A model generated the notes under the pieces. That model ran no database searches. It saw nothing but the letters and a program-made list of their open reading frames with translations, and had not been told where the DNA came from. 64,000 nt of DNA, from NCBI GenBank assembly GCA_004764695.1, contig SMSO01000006.1, forward strand, positions 945,859 through 1,009,858, in the 5' to 3' direction. Source of the stretch: Schizochytrium sp. TIO01 (lineage: Eukaryota > Protista > Bigyra: Labyrinthulomycetes). A program made the translations under genes and the position numbers. Every line of letters begins with the position of its first letter. The stretch's first letter is position 1. This document shows positions 21,390 to 35,180 of this stretch, in pieces.

Positions 21390-24300
21390 GGGTGCGCTAT
21401 GGAGTTCTGCGCAAAGCACGCAAAGCTGATGAGCCTCGGCGAAAGTAGTACTAATCCTTATCAACTCCAACAATTCTTCAGTCGCACTTAAAAGAAAAGA
21501 AAGTTTTATTATTACTATTCCTATCAAAAACAACAATTGTTCATCAAAATAAACAACAAATAACTAAATGTTATTCACGCATCATCAAACATAGTTATTC
21601 ATTTATGGAATCTATGAGTGGATGGAAAGGTACTGTGATAAGTGCCTAAAGGAAGCTAAAGAGGGAGGAGGCAGGATCTTCCATAAGTGCGGTTAGTTGA
21701 CACTTTCCCTAGTAGTCTCCTCTAATGGTCTATGGTTTTCCATAATTCAAAAAGGCCTTCTCACGAGAAAGTGTTATTTTGCAGGGAACCTGGTGGATTA
21801 ATAAAATTAATTGCATTTGAACTATCTTTCTTTTGAAAGCAGTATTGGCTAATAACACACATATTTAATTTTTCCTTTTAATTTTAAAAAAAGTATCGGG
21901 GAAACCAACGCCTGCTCGATAAACTTTTACCATTCATTGCATGTGGAGCGTTTAAGCATTTTATTCTTGACATTATATATCTATAAACTATACGTATGGG
22001 AGGAAGGAAGGCTGAAAAGAAAGAAAAGAAAAGAAAGTGGGCCTTTGTTTTCCCGTGGTTTCTTGGCGATCGATCAAGTGGTTCATTCGTTCCCTCTTTC
22101 TTTGTTCTGCCACTTCTTTCGCACCTTTTGTTTTGTCTTCGATTCGCTCCTCTCTTTAAAGAAGGAGGCGCTCTTCTTCAAAGCACTCCGTCTGTCTGTT
22201 TGTTTGTTCAGCATGATTGCTATGATATATCTTCCTTTCGACTGTTCACGAATATATATATCATGTCTGCTTCGATGGAAAGAAGGGGATTCCCTCTCCA
22301 TGCATGCATGACAAGATGAACGCAGCAAAACATGAACACGATCGATCATGCGCGAAGTGGAATCTTATTATCCGAAAATCCCATCATCCTTCAGTGGTTT
22401 CGCTTGATTCTTCAGCCCTGCCCATGCTTTCCCTTAGCTTTGAAAAAACAAACAATTAAAAAATAAAAAAACACTTTAGCCATTTCCAAGGGAAAGTCAA
22501 GTTTTTCCGCCTCTTTTCCTTTCTTTTTCTCTTTCTTCGGCTTTCTCTTTACTATTCGTGCTTCATGGAAAACCTACGTGGAAGATCCCTGGTGCCCGCC
22601 TTCTTCCCTCTCTGCCCCCCAGCGTTGCTCCTCCGCCCTTCCACTCCAAGCCCCTTTCTCCTGTTGGGAGGGCCCCGCTGCGAGTTTACCCGTGCGTAGA
22701 AAGTGACTTCCTACGCTCGTCACGTCGCCGTCTGTCTCCTCTAAAAGTTTTCAAATCAAAAAGGCCCTTTTCCTTCTTCAAAGTCTCTTCTTCTCGAGAG
22801 CTGTTCTCCACAAAGCGGCGGAAGGAGCGGAAGACCGTCTATTTCACTTTATATGAAAGCTTCAGAAACAAGGGTTCTCTCTCTTTCCCTTCTTTTTCAC
22901 TAACCATTGCGAATAAAGCAAACTGCGCTCATGAAAGAAAGTTTCATTATTGTTATTAAAGGTTTAACGGGGTTTTTGTTTTCACGGGGAAATACAAACC
23001 TTCCTTGGATTCCCCGAAGAAGCGCAGCAGCCCATCATGGAGTGCGTATTTCTTTAGCCGGCGCCATCGCAGAAGAAACGAGCACCCGAGTAAAGCTCCT
23101 CACGATTGGGACAGAGCCTTGGGGAGTCGAGGCCAAAGATTCCTGCCCCAGGCCGGTCAGCTCTGCGGCAGAGAGGCCTCGAATGGCGAGGAGAGAAGGT
23201 CTGCTCTTCAGCCGCAGGTCTCGAGAGCCCTATTATCGCGGCTTCCTTCATTTGTTTATTTGTTTATTTGTTTCTTTATTTATTTCCTTCTTTCCTTCTC
23301 TCTTTTTTTCCTTCCTTCCTTCAAGTGAGTCTCTCTCTCTTCGAAGTAATGGCCCTTACGCTTTACTCATCTTCTTTAGAGTGGTCGTGGAGTCAAGTTT
23401 CCCTTTTCTCTCTTTTCTTCTTCCCTTCTTTTTTCTTTACGCTATTCTTTTATTCTCTTTTTCGGCGGCTGTAGAGATTCTTTCATTTTGCTTCAATTAA
23501 AAGGTCCTTGTCACAGGTTTCCCCGACGCAGCTTCAAACCTAAAGAGGGCGGCAAAACTCCTATCTGAGATGGTAAGTTGGAAAAGAGAGAAAAAAAGTA
23601 AACGAATGTACGAATGAATGAATGAATGAATGAACGAAACTATGGTAGTATATATATGTGTATGTACGTGTGTAATTCCCTGCGCTTGGAAAGAAGAGAT
23701 GCACGGGCCAAGCAAGTAGCCAGCAAAAGCCAAAAAAGCAAAGGATCCACACCGCGAAGAGGACACCGATATCGCTGTGAAATGCCAGGGAAGCAGGCGC
23801 TTGCTGCCGAATGACCGGCTCGACCTTCGTCTCTTCTTCTTCTTCATCTCTTCGAGTTTGTTCCTTCAAGTTGGCGGAGAACTGCGCTCAGAGATACTGC
23901 TCGAAAGGAGAGATCGATCGATCGATCGATGGATGGATGGATCTTCTCCTTCTTCTTTCTTTCTCTCTTTCTCTTTCTCTCTTTCCTTTCGTTCTTAGGA
24001 CTTGCGTGAGTGAAAAGAAAAGAGACAGAGGAGAACGACGCATTTAATACGTGTCGGAAACTCGCACCGCTGTCTTTTATTCACTTTCTTTCACTTTCCC
24101 AATTTCCGATAGCCTTTCTTTTATTCTTTCTTTTATTCTTTCTTTTATTCTTTCATTTATTCTCTCTTATGTTCTTTTCCAAGGAGTGCCGTTCTCGTTC
24201 TCTCCACAATAGAACAACGAGGTACTATCATCATCTATGGCGTTCATGAAGATCAAAAGAACGCGCAGAAGAACGCGGGAAGGGAACGGGAGCGCAATAT

Positions 24301-27300
24301 GGAGGATCGAAAGCAGCGTTTTGGGCGGTGCGCGCTCATCGTCTTCATCCACAGAGGGAGAAACCTCGAAATTATGACCAAAGCTGGTCCCGGCCTCGCG
24401 CTGTCCTCCTCCTGCAACCGCCCTGTCTCTCCTCACTCCTCTTCGGTGGTCTCCGCTCTACGCATCAGAGTCCTTTGACGAGTCATGGCGTCGCATCAAA
24501 GTTGATGTGTTTGCAACGAACAAATGGAGCTCAGCGCGCGTTCACGAAATCGCTCTTTTCGACCCTACTAGGACCAACTTACCGCTCCATGTAGGAGTAA
24601 AAGAACGTTCTTTTAACCAGAGAGAGGGCAAACTATAGTGCGATGGTATCGCGCAATTAATGCAATGCAATGCGAATCGAGTTGCAGATTTTGGGGGGCG
24701 CCAATCGCTCTTCGCTTTGCAGATCTGGCCGTGTAGAAAGTGAGTAATAGAAGCTCCAAGGTAGCGAAGGGAGGGCCAGCTTTCGGGGTGCATTGCTGGC
24801 AAATCGGCGGGTTTGCGAGGAGCAGGGCTGAAAATGCTCTTCGAGTTCTAACCTACTACGAACTACCTACTGGTTGCGGAGGGCCAGCTTTCGCAAAGGC
24901 CTTTTATAACCTGTTTAGAGGTGGTTTGTTGTACAGTAAAGGGGCGTTTGTTCTATTTGTGCACGGTTTGTTCTAGAGTGTGGAGTGGAGATTGCTGCAC
25001 TTTAGCCTTCGGGCTAGGAGCTCGCTGGGTCCGCTACAAAGAGGCGTTACGACAGCCGAAAAGCTCACGAGGAAGACCTGCTTTGGGACTGAGATTGCCG
25101 AAACGATCCATTCTCGCCAAGTGGGTGTGACATTGAAGCGTAATATTAGGCACTACTTTTATATTCACAGGAACTTCAGCATTTGCTTCGAGTTTGGCTG
25201 GAGAATCATCATTTTCATCATCATCATCATCATCTTTATCTGTCCGGTAAGCTGTAGAGAATCTTTCTGATAGAAGCAGTATACCATATCACGGAGAAAG
25301 CGGCTAGTACGGATTGGGAGACTGTGGGCCATGGACCCACAGCACATTCGCTCCGTGTAGCGTAGAGTAACGACTCTTGGAAGCACAGGCCCTCTGTGGA
25401 CAAGTAGGTCTCAGTGGCGTAAGAGGTGGTGAGTTATGAGTCTTCGATACAACAATACTTAATGAATTGAGAGGGGATGTGAGGGAGCAGACTACAGAGG
25501 TGCCTGCATTTCCTTGGAGTTGATAGTCTCTGGGAATATGGAAAGATTCCCCACACTCATGTTGAATGGAATATGAGACTTTCGTTCGTTCGTTGCTTGG
25601 GAAAACTTAACCTCGGAGAAACCTAATTTTATTATAAATATAGTTTTACTTTGAAAAACCTTTTAATAAAAAAAGGGAAAAGAATAAAAGAATAAAAAAA
25701 AAAGAATAAAACGAGTTTTAAAGTAGAAACCCTTTTTAAAACTTAATTTAAAATTAAAACAATACAAAGGTATATATTTATTTGATCAATTACTTTTTAA
25801 AGTTTGGCACGAAAAGAGGTAGGTTGACCAAAAATTCCTTGGTTAGGCTTTTCTGGGATATCCTACACTTGAAACGAATAAAAAATCGAGATCCACGCTG
25901 AGGCCAAGCCACGATTTTATACAAACTCAAATAGTTCATGCGCACATGATTTTGGACAGTTGTGAAATCGCGAGACTTCCTCAGGAGGGACGATCAAAAG
26001 TAGAAAGGCAGCAGGTCTATGCGATTCGACAGTTTCGATAATTTACGAAGGTCTGGAATTCCAAGCACGCTCGGCAAGCTTTGCTACCCTAGTCATAACG
26101 TCGTCAATTTGTATTTTATGCTAATGTCTCAAGCATTTTCTGTACCAAAAGATTCGGAGATCGTGGGTGTTCCGAGGGAAGGACATGGCCTGAGATTTAT
26201 TTACAATGGCTTGAAAATGGCTCCATAAGGTACCAATTTTCGCAAGTCCTACTAGTAAATGAATGACCTATCGTCTAAAAGAAGCAAGCTTCTTGAAAAA
26301 CCAGTCCTGTTGACAAACTCGAGAGACCCAACGGTGCTTATTTGTTTGTTTGTTTATTTATTTGTATTATAGACAGTTACTTCTCTCTTCTCACTTGGAA
26401 AACACGATGTAACGTAAGCGACTCACTTCATTTGGTCATCCATCCACCAATATGTGGCATATGTGGAGTTCTTCCCCGCCCTGAGGGCGTCAGATTCGAG
26501 AACCTGCGTCCACCTCGAGAGCATTGCTGCTGTCCCCATCACTCTGTCATCTCGGTCCTCCCCGTCGCTGTCATCGCTTCTTCAACCCTAGCACATTCCA
26601 ATCTTGTGTGCATGTGTAGGTCTGGCCAGAGCAATCTGCAGGCCTCACAAAGCCACCACAAGCAAGCTCAACTTCCACAGATTCCTGTCAGCGCCTTCTT
26701 TTGGGCAGTCAGTCAGCGCACAAATCACTGGACAAATGCACTAAGCTTTTCATGAAGACACTGTTTTGACAAAGACACCTATCGAAATCCGGTAAACTCG
26801 AATAACCAGATCGTGGGACGACGCGTCTTGAGGACATTCTACGTTCGAACAAGTGATCTTCATGCGCAATATGTCATGCGAAAGTTAAGGTTGCACTTGC
26901 AAGGGAGCTTGTCGCAAACAAAACCGGTTGGCCAACATGAACCAGGTGAGCAAAGACCAAACCAACGCTTAAAAGCTTACAATATGTACTTGGGCTTTCA
27001 CGTAATTGAAGTGCACTGGTATTGAGCATCTTCAAGTCGATGCTGGGAAGAAAGGCTATATCGTGCGGTCCTCGGTCGATACAGCCGCACGTCATCCTCG
27101 TTCGCGGTGCTCTGATCCGAAAGCACGATTTCGTTTCCCTACCCAGGTTTCACCTTTCGCAGTAGGATAACGATCGCATCCATCTACGCAGTCAGTTATA
27201 CGCACAAAAGCAAACGACACAGGGCTTTCACTCAAGGGTAGAAGAAAATCAGCCGACAGCAATTTGTCCAACTTCTTCGAGATTGCACCTCGACGAGCTC

Positions 27301-30300
27301 CACGTACACGGGCATGGATGGATGGCGTGTGCCAGTCCCCTGCCGAGACTCAGTTGTGTACTTTTGTTGCTCAATAGACATCGGAGTCGCTTCGTTGGAG
27401 AAAGATTTTCTTTTTTCTTTTCTTTTTTCCTTTTTGGTGCAAAGTACCACCAACACGAACGTGTCCCAGCCGGGCGGCACAATCGTGCGAAGAGACGGAC
27501 CTCCTGCGCTGCGCACTCGAGAACGAAGTGCTTCAGGGAGAGCATCCTGCGCCCGACGTCCGCGACGAGGGCAATCTCAACATGGTCGTGCCAGCATTTG
27601 TCATGATCGAGGGCGTCCAACCGGCGCTGGCTTGCGTCACAGCTCCGAGGTTTGGCTGCATTTTCACTCAATCTGCGAAATGTACCAGGTCGAAAAGGGC
27701 TCTGAAAAGCAAGAGCCAAAATAGACCTCCGCTTTGGCTGCTGATGAGTCCGTGGAGATCCGCATGAATTGCTGTTCGAAGAGCTGCGCAGCGCAGGCCC
27801 GAGTTGGGATTCTTCTGCAGCCAAAGTTTGGGCAGGCTGTCAAACCAGAGCAGGAGAACCTCACATAGACAAGCCCAGTTGGCCAATGTGATGAGAGGTG
27901 TAGCATAAACCAACGAGGGGCTATCTCTATGTTTCTTTGACTCACAGCAAGTTGATCATGACTGACGACTTCCATTTTATGAAGGCTCATGTCTAATTTG
28001 GGTCTCTCTTGGTCCCTCCTATCGAAGACGGTTTCCAGATCTCCAAAGCAACAGTTGTTACTCGCAGAGAAGGGAGAAGGGAAATTGAGCAAAGCAAACT
28101 GATGTCGATATTTCTTCATCTTTATCATAATTGTTAGACGCGCAAAAGCTTATCCAGTTCGATGGTCTTCAAATTGGAGCATACAAACTTTTGCATTGCA
28201 TTGTATTGCACTACGCTTAAGCCTCAGAGCCCTCGAATTCGCAAGTTCTCCAATGATTACAGTTGCAGATGTTGATGATGTAATTTTAGAAAAAAGAAAA
28301 GAAAAAAAAAGAAACTTTTTTACATTAAAAAATGACTTCTTTTTCCTTCTTCAAAGTTATAAAATAATAGTTATATATGGTTTTCGTTAATGAAAGTATG
28401 GCGTGGCAAGGGAATTTAGAAATCAAACAAACTTTTATTCCAAGAAAGAAATAAAATACACCATTCAGATTCAAGCAACTGCCAGGGGTGCACAGTTCAT
28501 CGTAACAGATCTATTTGAGGTTAAAAGGATGCAATAGGGCGAGACAACAAATACATCTCTCCGCTCCTCTATGCATAGTGCTATTTAGGTTTGATCTGGT
28601 TATAAACACGACAGAACGCGAGCTTTGAATTCTCAATTTATGTGCTCCGCTCTAGAAGCTAAAATTGATCATGTGATGAGTGTAACTCCCTGGCTGGCAT
28701 AGTACTCGATGTAGAATATGTATTTCGAAATCTGCTGATAGACTTAGAAGCCGAAGGAAATGAAGGCGTCCGCAATAAACGTTTTTTTGAACATTGTTTA
28801 CAATGCAAAGCGCTGCAACTCGACGACTAGCACAAACCGAACCTCCCAAGTATTTGCGAACCACATCATTAGAGAAAAGTTTACTTTACCGTTGAGCCTC
28901 CTTTTATATGTCTTTTAAAATAATTAAAATATAGAGATGAGATATTATTATGATACGTTCAGAGTTGGATACAAGAACGTAACGAACATATTCTGTCTTG
29001 AGTTCCCTTTTGGCAACGAGGGAAACGAGTTTTTTAGGTGAAGACTTCGTATCGTGGCATAGTAAAAAGGGTAGTGGTGAACATTGAAGAAGAAGCATGC
29101 ATTTGTTATTTTTGAAAAAAGGTATTGCATCTTATAAGGATCTTGAAAGAGATTTTGCAAATTGCGAAATCGAGACTTGTCACATGGCGACAAAGTCACT
29201 TCATTATTGAGCTGACTGGTCTGGACATGAGTATTCAAAATATTTATTTAGGAATAACCCCCTGAATACGAAATGCACATTCTGGTACTTTTATTCTTGG
29301 GATGCTTTTCTTGGCTCAGATGCTGAGGCAACCGGGACTTATTGTGATTTATGTCCTGGAGAAGCTAGTCTTGGCAAATGCTTAGAAGCTTTACTAAACC
29401 AAGGCTGCGTGCGTTTCTTTTGTTCCAAATCAGCCGTTGTCTTGGCGAAGTGACTAAAGCTTCAAAAATTAGGCGTGTCATGAAAACAACATTGCAACAC
29501 GTTGTCGTATGTCGTATATACGAAATGGGAGGTCTCATGATGCTTTCCCTGAAGAAAAAGAACTGTTTAGGATGGCCCAATCAATCTACGACCTCTAGTG
29601 GTAGCTTTCGAAACATTTACACGTTTTAAGGCAAGGCTCATTTTTTTTTTTTCTCTTAATGTTACCGGTTCATTTGCTTTGTGCGATGTTGGTTGCACCT
29701 GGTCTCATTGGCAAACAAAGCCCCTGGTTATAGTGTCTTACCTCATAATTGAAATTTTAGCAAGTATTTCCTCCGTATATTAAATATCCAACTTTGTACC
29801 CCTTCCCTGAAACTGCGACCACTGTTAGCAATCAATATTCCTATCTCATTGCAAATCTTCGTCAGAAGTGTTTATCTTCTTCGACTGGGCCTCCCCCGGC
29901 ACGAAGTTCATGACTGCGGCACACGAATTCATCCTCCCCTAAGAGTACTTAACTGAAAGTCTTACTCTCAACATGAACATAGTGTACATAAAGCACAGCA
30001 AATCCAAAAAATAGAAAGCTACCTCCACCATTACAGTATTTGAGACTTTGGCATTTTTCCGTTACTAAATGTGACGAAGGCTAAGACGAAGAATATAATG
30101 CTGACACTGTTCTTCTTTCGAAAGCCCAGGATCGCTCAACCTTTAGAACACGACACTCATGAGATCTACCTCAGCGCTGTTCTTCAGACTTCTACGTCTA
30201 GTGCAGGTAGTACAAAGCTCGCGAGCGAGTCAGTGGCAGTAGCGACACCAGATCTTGATTCTTCATAATGGGAGGTGCTGATCTGTGCGCGTTCCTGCCT

Positions 30301-33300
30301 TTGTCCGCACAGGTCTCACTGGGCCAGTTTGGAGAAGTTTCATGTTTTCAATCATCTTCTTTTTATCCTAGCCCCATTCATTTTTCATTTAATTAAGATA
30401 TAGAAAAACTTCGTACAGACTTTTTCTTTCCACACATAATATATATTTTATTAATATTTATTACAAAATTAAATTAAACTTTTATTCTTATATATAAATA
30501 ATAAAGGGAGAGGTATTTATCCGAACATTCCTGTTTTCAATCAAAAATTATCCACGATCAAAATAAAATATCAAACACTTTAATTAAAACAACAGGACGC
30601 AAGGTTTCTCCGACAACGTGAGTATTTTAAATTTAATTAAATTTAATTTAAAAAAATCGCCCAATTCATACATACGACAAACTGTATAAGATACAGCTAA
30701 TAATAAGAGACTCGCATGATAGTACATTTCACTCCAAAGTGGAACTAAGCAACTACAATTGTCACCAATCGTGCACCGTATCACGCATCATCTTTCCTCT
30801 ATCTATCGTTCTATGGATCAGTCCTTCTCTTCAGGCTTCTTCTTCTCTTCCTCACATGCGTCTCGATCTCTCGCCAGTACCACTTGCGTGCCAGTAGCTA
30901 GCCTTCTGCTACTCCTCCCCATCGTCATCATCGTCGCCTTCGCTGCGCTCCATAAGTTCGACTGAAAAGAATGCAAAAACAGCAGCGGAAACAAACAACA
31001 GCAGAAACAAACAACATACTACAGCAGCAGCGATGCGGTCCTTCGAGCACAAATAAATAAATAAATGAACGAACGCAACACGCGCCGTCACTCAGCCGCA
31101 AGACGCTCGAAGTGCTGCCTGTCATGCAGACAGAATTGCAGTCAGTTAGTTCACTCTGCGCGTGACCAACTTGTGAGTCCATGGACCGATCGAATGTGAT
31201 GCGCAGCGCATTTCTTTCTTGTCGCGCATTTCGCAGTTTTCATGCCGCGTGAGCTGCTGTTGGAAATGAAGACGTGAGTGATGTGATGGGATGTCACGCA
31301 CGGCAGAAGACTGACTTACTCGTTGGGTCGCCAGCCAAGATCTGCTGCCGCTCGCATCATGGTAGCCGAGGGGGCCAGCGAAGGTATCTTCGAGCTCGAC
31401 GCAGACGCTTGGCTTCGCGGCTTTACGCGTGGCTTCGTGAGAAGGTCTCTCGATCCAAGATGGAGAGAAACTCACTCTTCAACTCTCACTCATTCATTCA
31501 TTCAGTCAGTCAGTAATAGATGAAATCTGCGAGCACTGTTCTTTTCGTTCAAGGCAGAAGGGAGAACACCATCGCAGCGCGTGAACGGAGAAGAAGAAGC
31601 AGAAGAAGAAGAAGATATGCATCAGCTCGATTTCCGTTTGGGTCTCGGCCAATCAAGCGTGTTTGGCGCAACTTGGTGGTTTGCGAAGACTACGAAGCAC
31701 CAATCGATCTTGCCGGAATGCAAAGCAAGAGGTGCTTGGACATGTCTGTCTGTATGGAGGCTCAACATCGAAGGCCAATCTTGAACAAGAGCGACGCCCT
31801 CAGTTTATTTGTGAGGGCTGTGGCAATCTTGCTTTGAGAAGAAGGCAAAGAGAAGGCGTAGCATGACTGACGGTCTCCAACCTTCGAAGCCGTGTCGAAC
31901 CTCGTTCGGTTTGCAGGTCCAGTGAGCCTGCGTTTTGGGGACAGAGTTTCGTAGCTAGACTGTCTTCGTGTCGCTCGTGCAAGCAAACGACTTCGACTCC
32001 AGGGACTACAGGAACTCCCGCGGAGCCCACCCCTTTATTAGAGGCTGAAAGAGAAGAACTTTGACTGTAGAAACCACAGAACAAATATGCGGCTCTTATC
32101 TCTCTCTTCAGACGATCGATGAACTGAAACAGCACTGTGTTTCTATTTAGCAAACGATTCTTCCTCAGCTCCATATCTATGGGACTTTCCTCACGTTGAG
32201 CAAGCCGGTCTGATGCTGCGTAAACTGGGTTGGGTTCTCCAGGAGTGCTCGGGCTGCGTATCGAAGACAATATTACGCGCTTTGATTTGTTGCACACGTG
32301 GACTCCATCTATCTTTCTAAAGTCATCAACGCGCGACTTTCGCCTTTTTCACCAGCAAAGGAATCTATCTATCTACCTATTAATTCTTAAGTTCCTCTAG
32401 GCTAGGTACCCAATTGCGAAGGTGAACATCGATCATATGCTTCAACTCAAGATTGGATTGCCGCCACCGTAAAGGGATGTCCAACTAACTCCTCGTCGAC
32501 GCGATAATCATATCACGGCGGGTGTGCGCGAAGAAACAAGCCATACGATACGCAGTGTATATGCATTGTAGTCGCAATGGAGGCTTCCTCATCCAACCTT
32601 GACGCAGTTCGATCGAATGATCAGTTTATCGATCAATCAGATTCTTTTAAATTTAGCTAGAACGAAAAATAAAACCCGTCGCCACAATTCCCAACCGTGG
32701 AGTAAGGCATCATTTCTGTAGAGTATGATATTAATTGGTCAGCGCCTCCAAATATGTCTGCAGCGCAATGGCAACTATGAGAGTTCGCCAGGAACTTCAA
32801 TGGAAAGAAAGTTTGAGCGAACGAGTGAGTGAGTGAAAAAAATAGAGAAATTATTTAATTTAAAAAAAAAAAAAGTGCGCGGGAATTCAACATCGCAACA
32901 TCGCAGCCTTTGCCAGGAGTTCGGGAGAAGGTGCAAATTCAAAGCGACGGAAGCCGCCGCAATGGATCGGATCAACCACTTTGGGCACCAACTGTGTGGC
33001 ATTGCAAATCTGGTAAGTCGATGCACCGCTGACCGAGGTCCTCTACACCTTTCACGAGCACTTTCCACAACAGAGGTATGAAATATTTTATGCATTTTTT
33101 AAATTTAACTTTTCTAATTTATAAAAACTAACCTGAAGATGAATCTATATGATACGTGAGCAGCTGCAGGTACGTGCTGCGACGATAACAACACCAAAGT
33201 TGCCTACTTAACCTGTGGCACTTGTAGATTCATACGCCACGCCAGATGCCCTTTTCCAAGTTCCTCGGCGACGCCTTTGCTGCAGTGCGGCTCACGCGAT

Positions 33301-33909
33301 GGTTTTGTTTCTTTCACCTTTGCAAAGCCTCAAAGGTGGAAATCGGGATTCTCTAAAAGCACGTGCACTTCGCTCCAGCTTGGAATTCTATCTATTCATT
33401 CGACCAATCTTCATCAAAATAGCTGCCCGCCTGTAGAAGCAACAGTTTATAATAACTCGTGCAGTAGTAAGTGAAGCAAACTCCCTCATCGTCTTATCGG
33501 CAGCGAACGTCTATAATTGCCTGGGGGCGATTTCCACATCGTCGCTGCGTGCCGCAAATTACCAAACGACGAGCTTGAGCTAACTAAATGCAGCGAATCA
33601 ACCCCCTTCTGCATGAGCGGCCAGTCCAACTTTCCATTTCGCCCAAATCTACGCAGCAGGTCACAGCATGTTTGTTCGTCGGTCCTGATTCCCATCGCAC
33701 TGTTGAACTTGGGCCGTGGACTTCGTTCATCACAACGTCGAAGTGAAGTGTCCATTTCTTCAATTCTCCGTCGCTCTTGCCGGGTGCTAGCTAGCCGATA
33801 CCCTACCCCTCTCCTACTCGCGCAGTGCTTTCTCTCTCTCCGGAAGGCCAGTTGAACTACCTTTCCTTTTACAGAATTTCTACAATCATCTCCAAGTTAC
33901 GCTAAATCT

Positions 33910-34032
33910 AATTCATAATTCAATTTCCCTAATTCAATTTTCCTAATTCAATTGAAAACTCAATTCATAATTCAATTCATAATTCAATTCACAATTCAAT
34001 TCAAAATTCAATCCAATTCAATTCAAAATTCA
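33910..34032. repeat. Degenerate AATTC-based repeat
   Basis: aattcataattcaattc... repeated with 5-12 bp periodicity. Confidence 0.8.
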
Positions 34033-34419
34033 AAAAAATAAATAAATAAACAAATGAAAAATCAGGCAGGAAAAAGGAAGAAGAAGAAACACCACTCGAA
34101 ATCCCCCTGCTAGCGTACTCCTACAGTAAACCCTAATCCACGAGACCGGCCTTTCCAGGGTCTCCATCTTGGCCGGCACTTTCGCCCTTCAGGAAGAAAG
34201 GCCCAACAAGAGGGAAAAACAAAAAATCAGCGACTGCCAATATGGAAGGTCGGCGGCCCCAGGGCGGCCTAGCGAGGCATAGCGAAGTCCTACTCTACTC
34301 GTCATGCAGGTAGAAAGGAGACAGAGAGTAGAGACTACGTACGTACCTACCTACTGCGCCCTTACCTAGTCCTCGCTAGGCGATGGGTAGAAGTGCTTGA
34401 ACGTGCACACGTACACCCC

Positions 34420-34483
34420 TCTTCGTCTTCTTCGTCTTCTTCGTCTTCTTCGTCTTCTGCTGCTGCTGCTGCTGCTGATGCTG
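34420..34483. repeat. Compound (TCTTCGTCT)n-(GCT)n repeat
   Basis: Read directly. Confidence 0.85.
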
Positions 34484-34778
34484 GTGGTAGTGGTGCAGGA
34501 TGCATGGACTTGCAGCAAAGAGCCCTTGAACACACTCTTGGGCGTCTTCAAGATGGGCCTTGGATAAAGCTTGGCAATTGCGATTGCGGAGACTTGCTCA
34601 GCAGACTGACTGAGTCAGGAGCGCCTGGGTGCTGTTTCTATGCCTCGCTTCTCTTCTTCTTCGCACAAGTCCCGAATTTGGCACCTTGTTGAAGAGAAGC
34701 GGCGACGCCTGCATTGCGCTCCTTTGTCCGGATTCCCAATTGCGGTTTCGAGAGACATTGGTTCATTCGACGAGGTTG

Positions 34779-34810
<32 letters not shown>

Positions 34811-35100
34811 CGAGTGACAGACCGCTTCGCCAAAGAAGAACTTGAAGAAGAAGAAGAAGAAGAAAAGCCTAAGTGCATAAGGGCCTAAGGGCCTGGTGAA
34901 TGAATTGAGCCCAGTCTTGAACCGCAACACGCCCACTGAGACATGACCGCACGAGGTCTTTGTTCTTCTGTCAAGGCTCAGCAGAGGCAGTTCCCAGCCC
35001 AGGGCCGACTCTCGTCCCTGCAAACTGATGGGCTCTTTCTTCTCAGGGTATTTGTGCACTCCAACAATAAGCCTCTTGGGGCCCAACTTCAACTTCAAGC

Positions 35101-35180
35101 TCAATTCAATTCAATTCAATTCAATTCAATTCAATCCAATCCAATCCAGTCCAGCTCAATCCAACTCATTCAATTCAATC
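35101..35180. repeat. (AATTC)n/(AATCC)n pentanucleotide microsatellite
   Basis: Read directly; degenerates toward the 3' end. Confidence 0.9.

Noticed and set aside
27249-28128. 191-aa and 154-aa minus-strand ORFs in the desert
   Set aside because: Non-ATG start or no recognisable domain, and similar-length ORFs in several overlapping frames; the 191-aa ORF also runs through a low-complexity tract.
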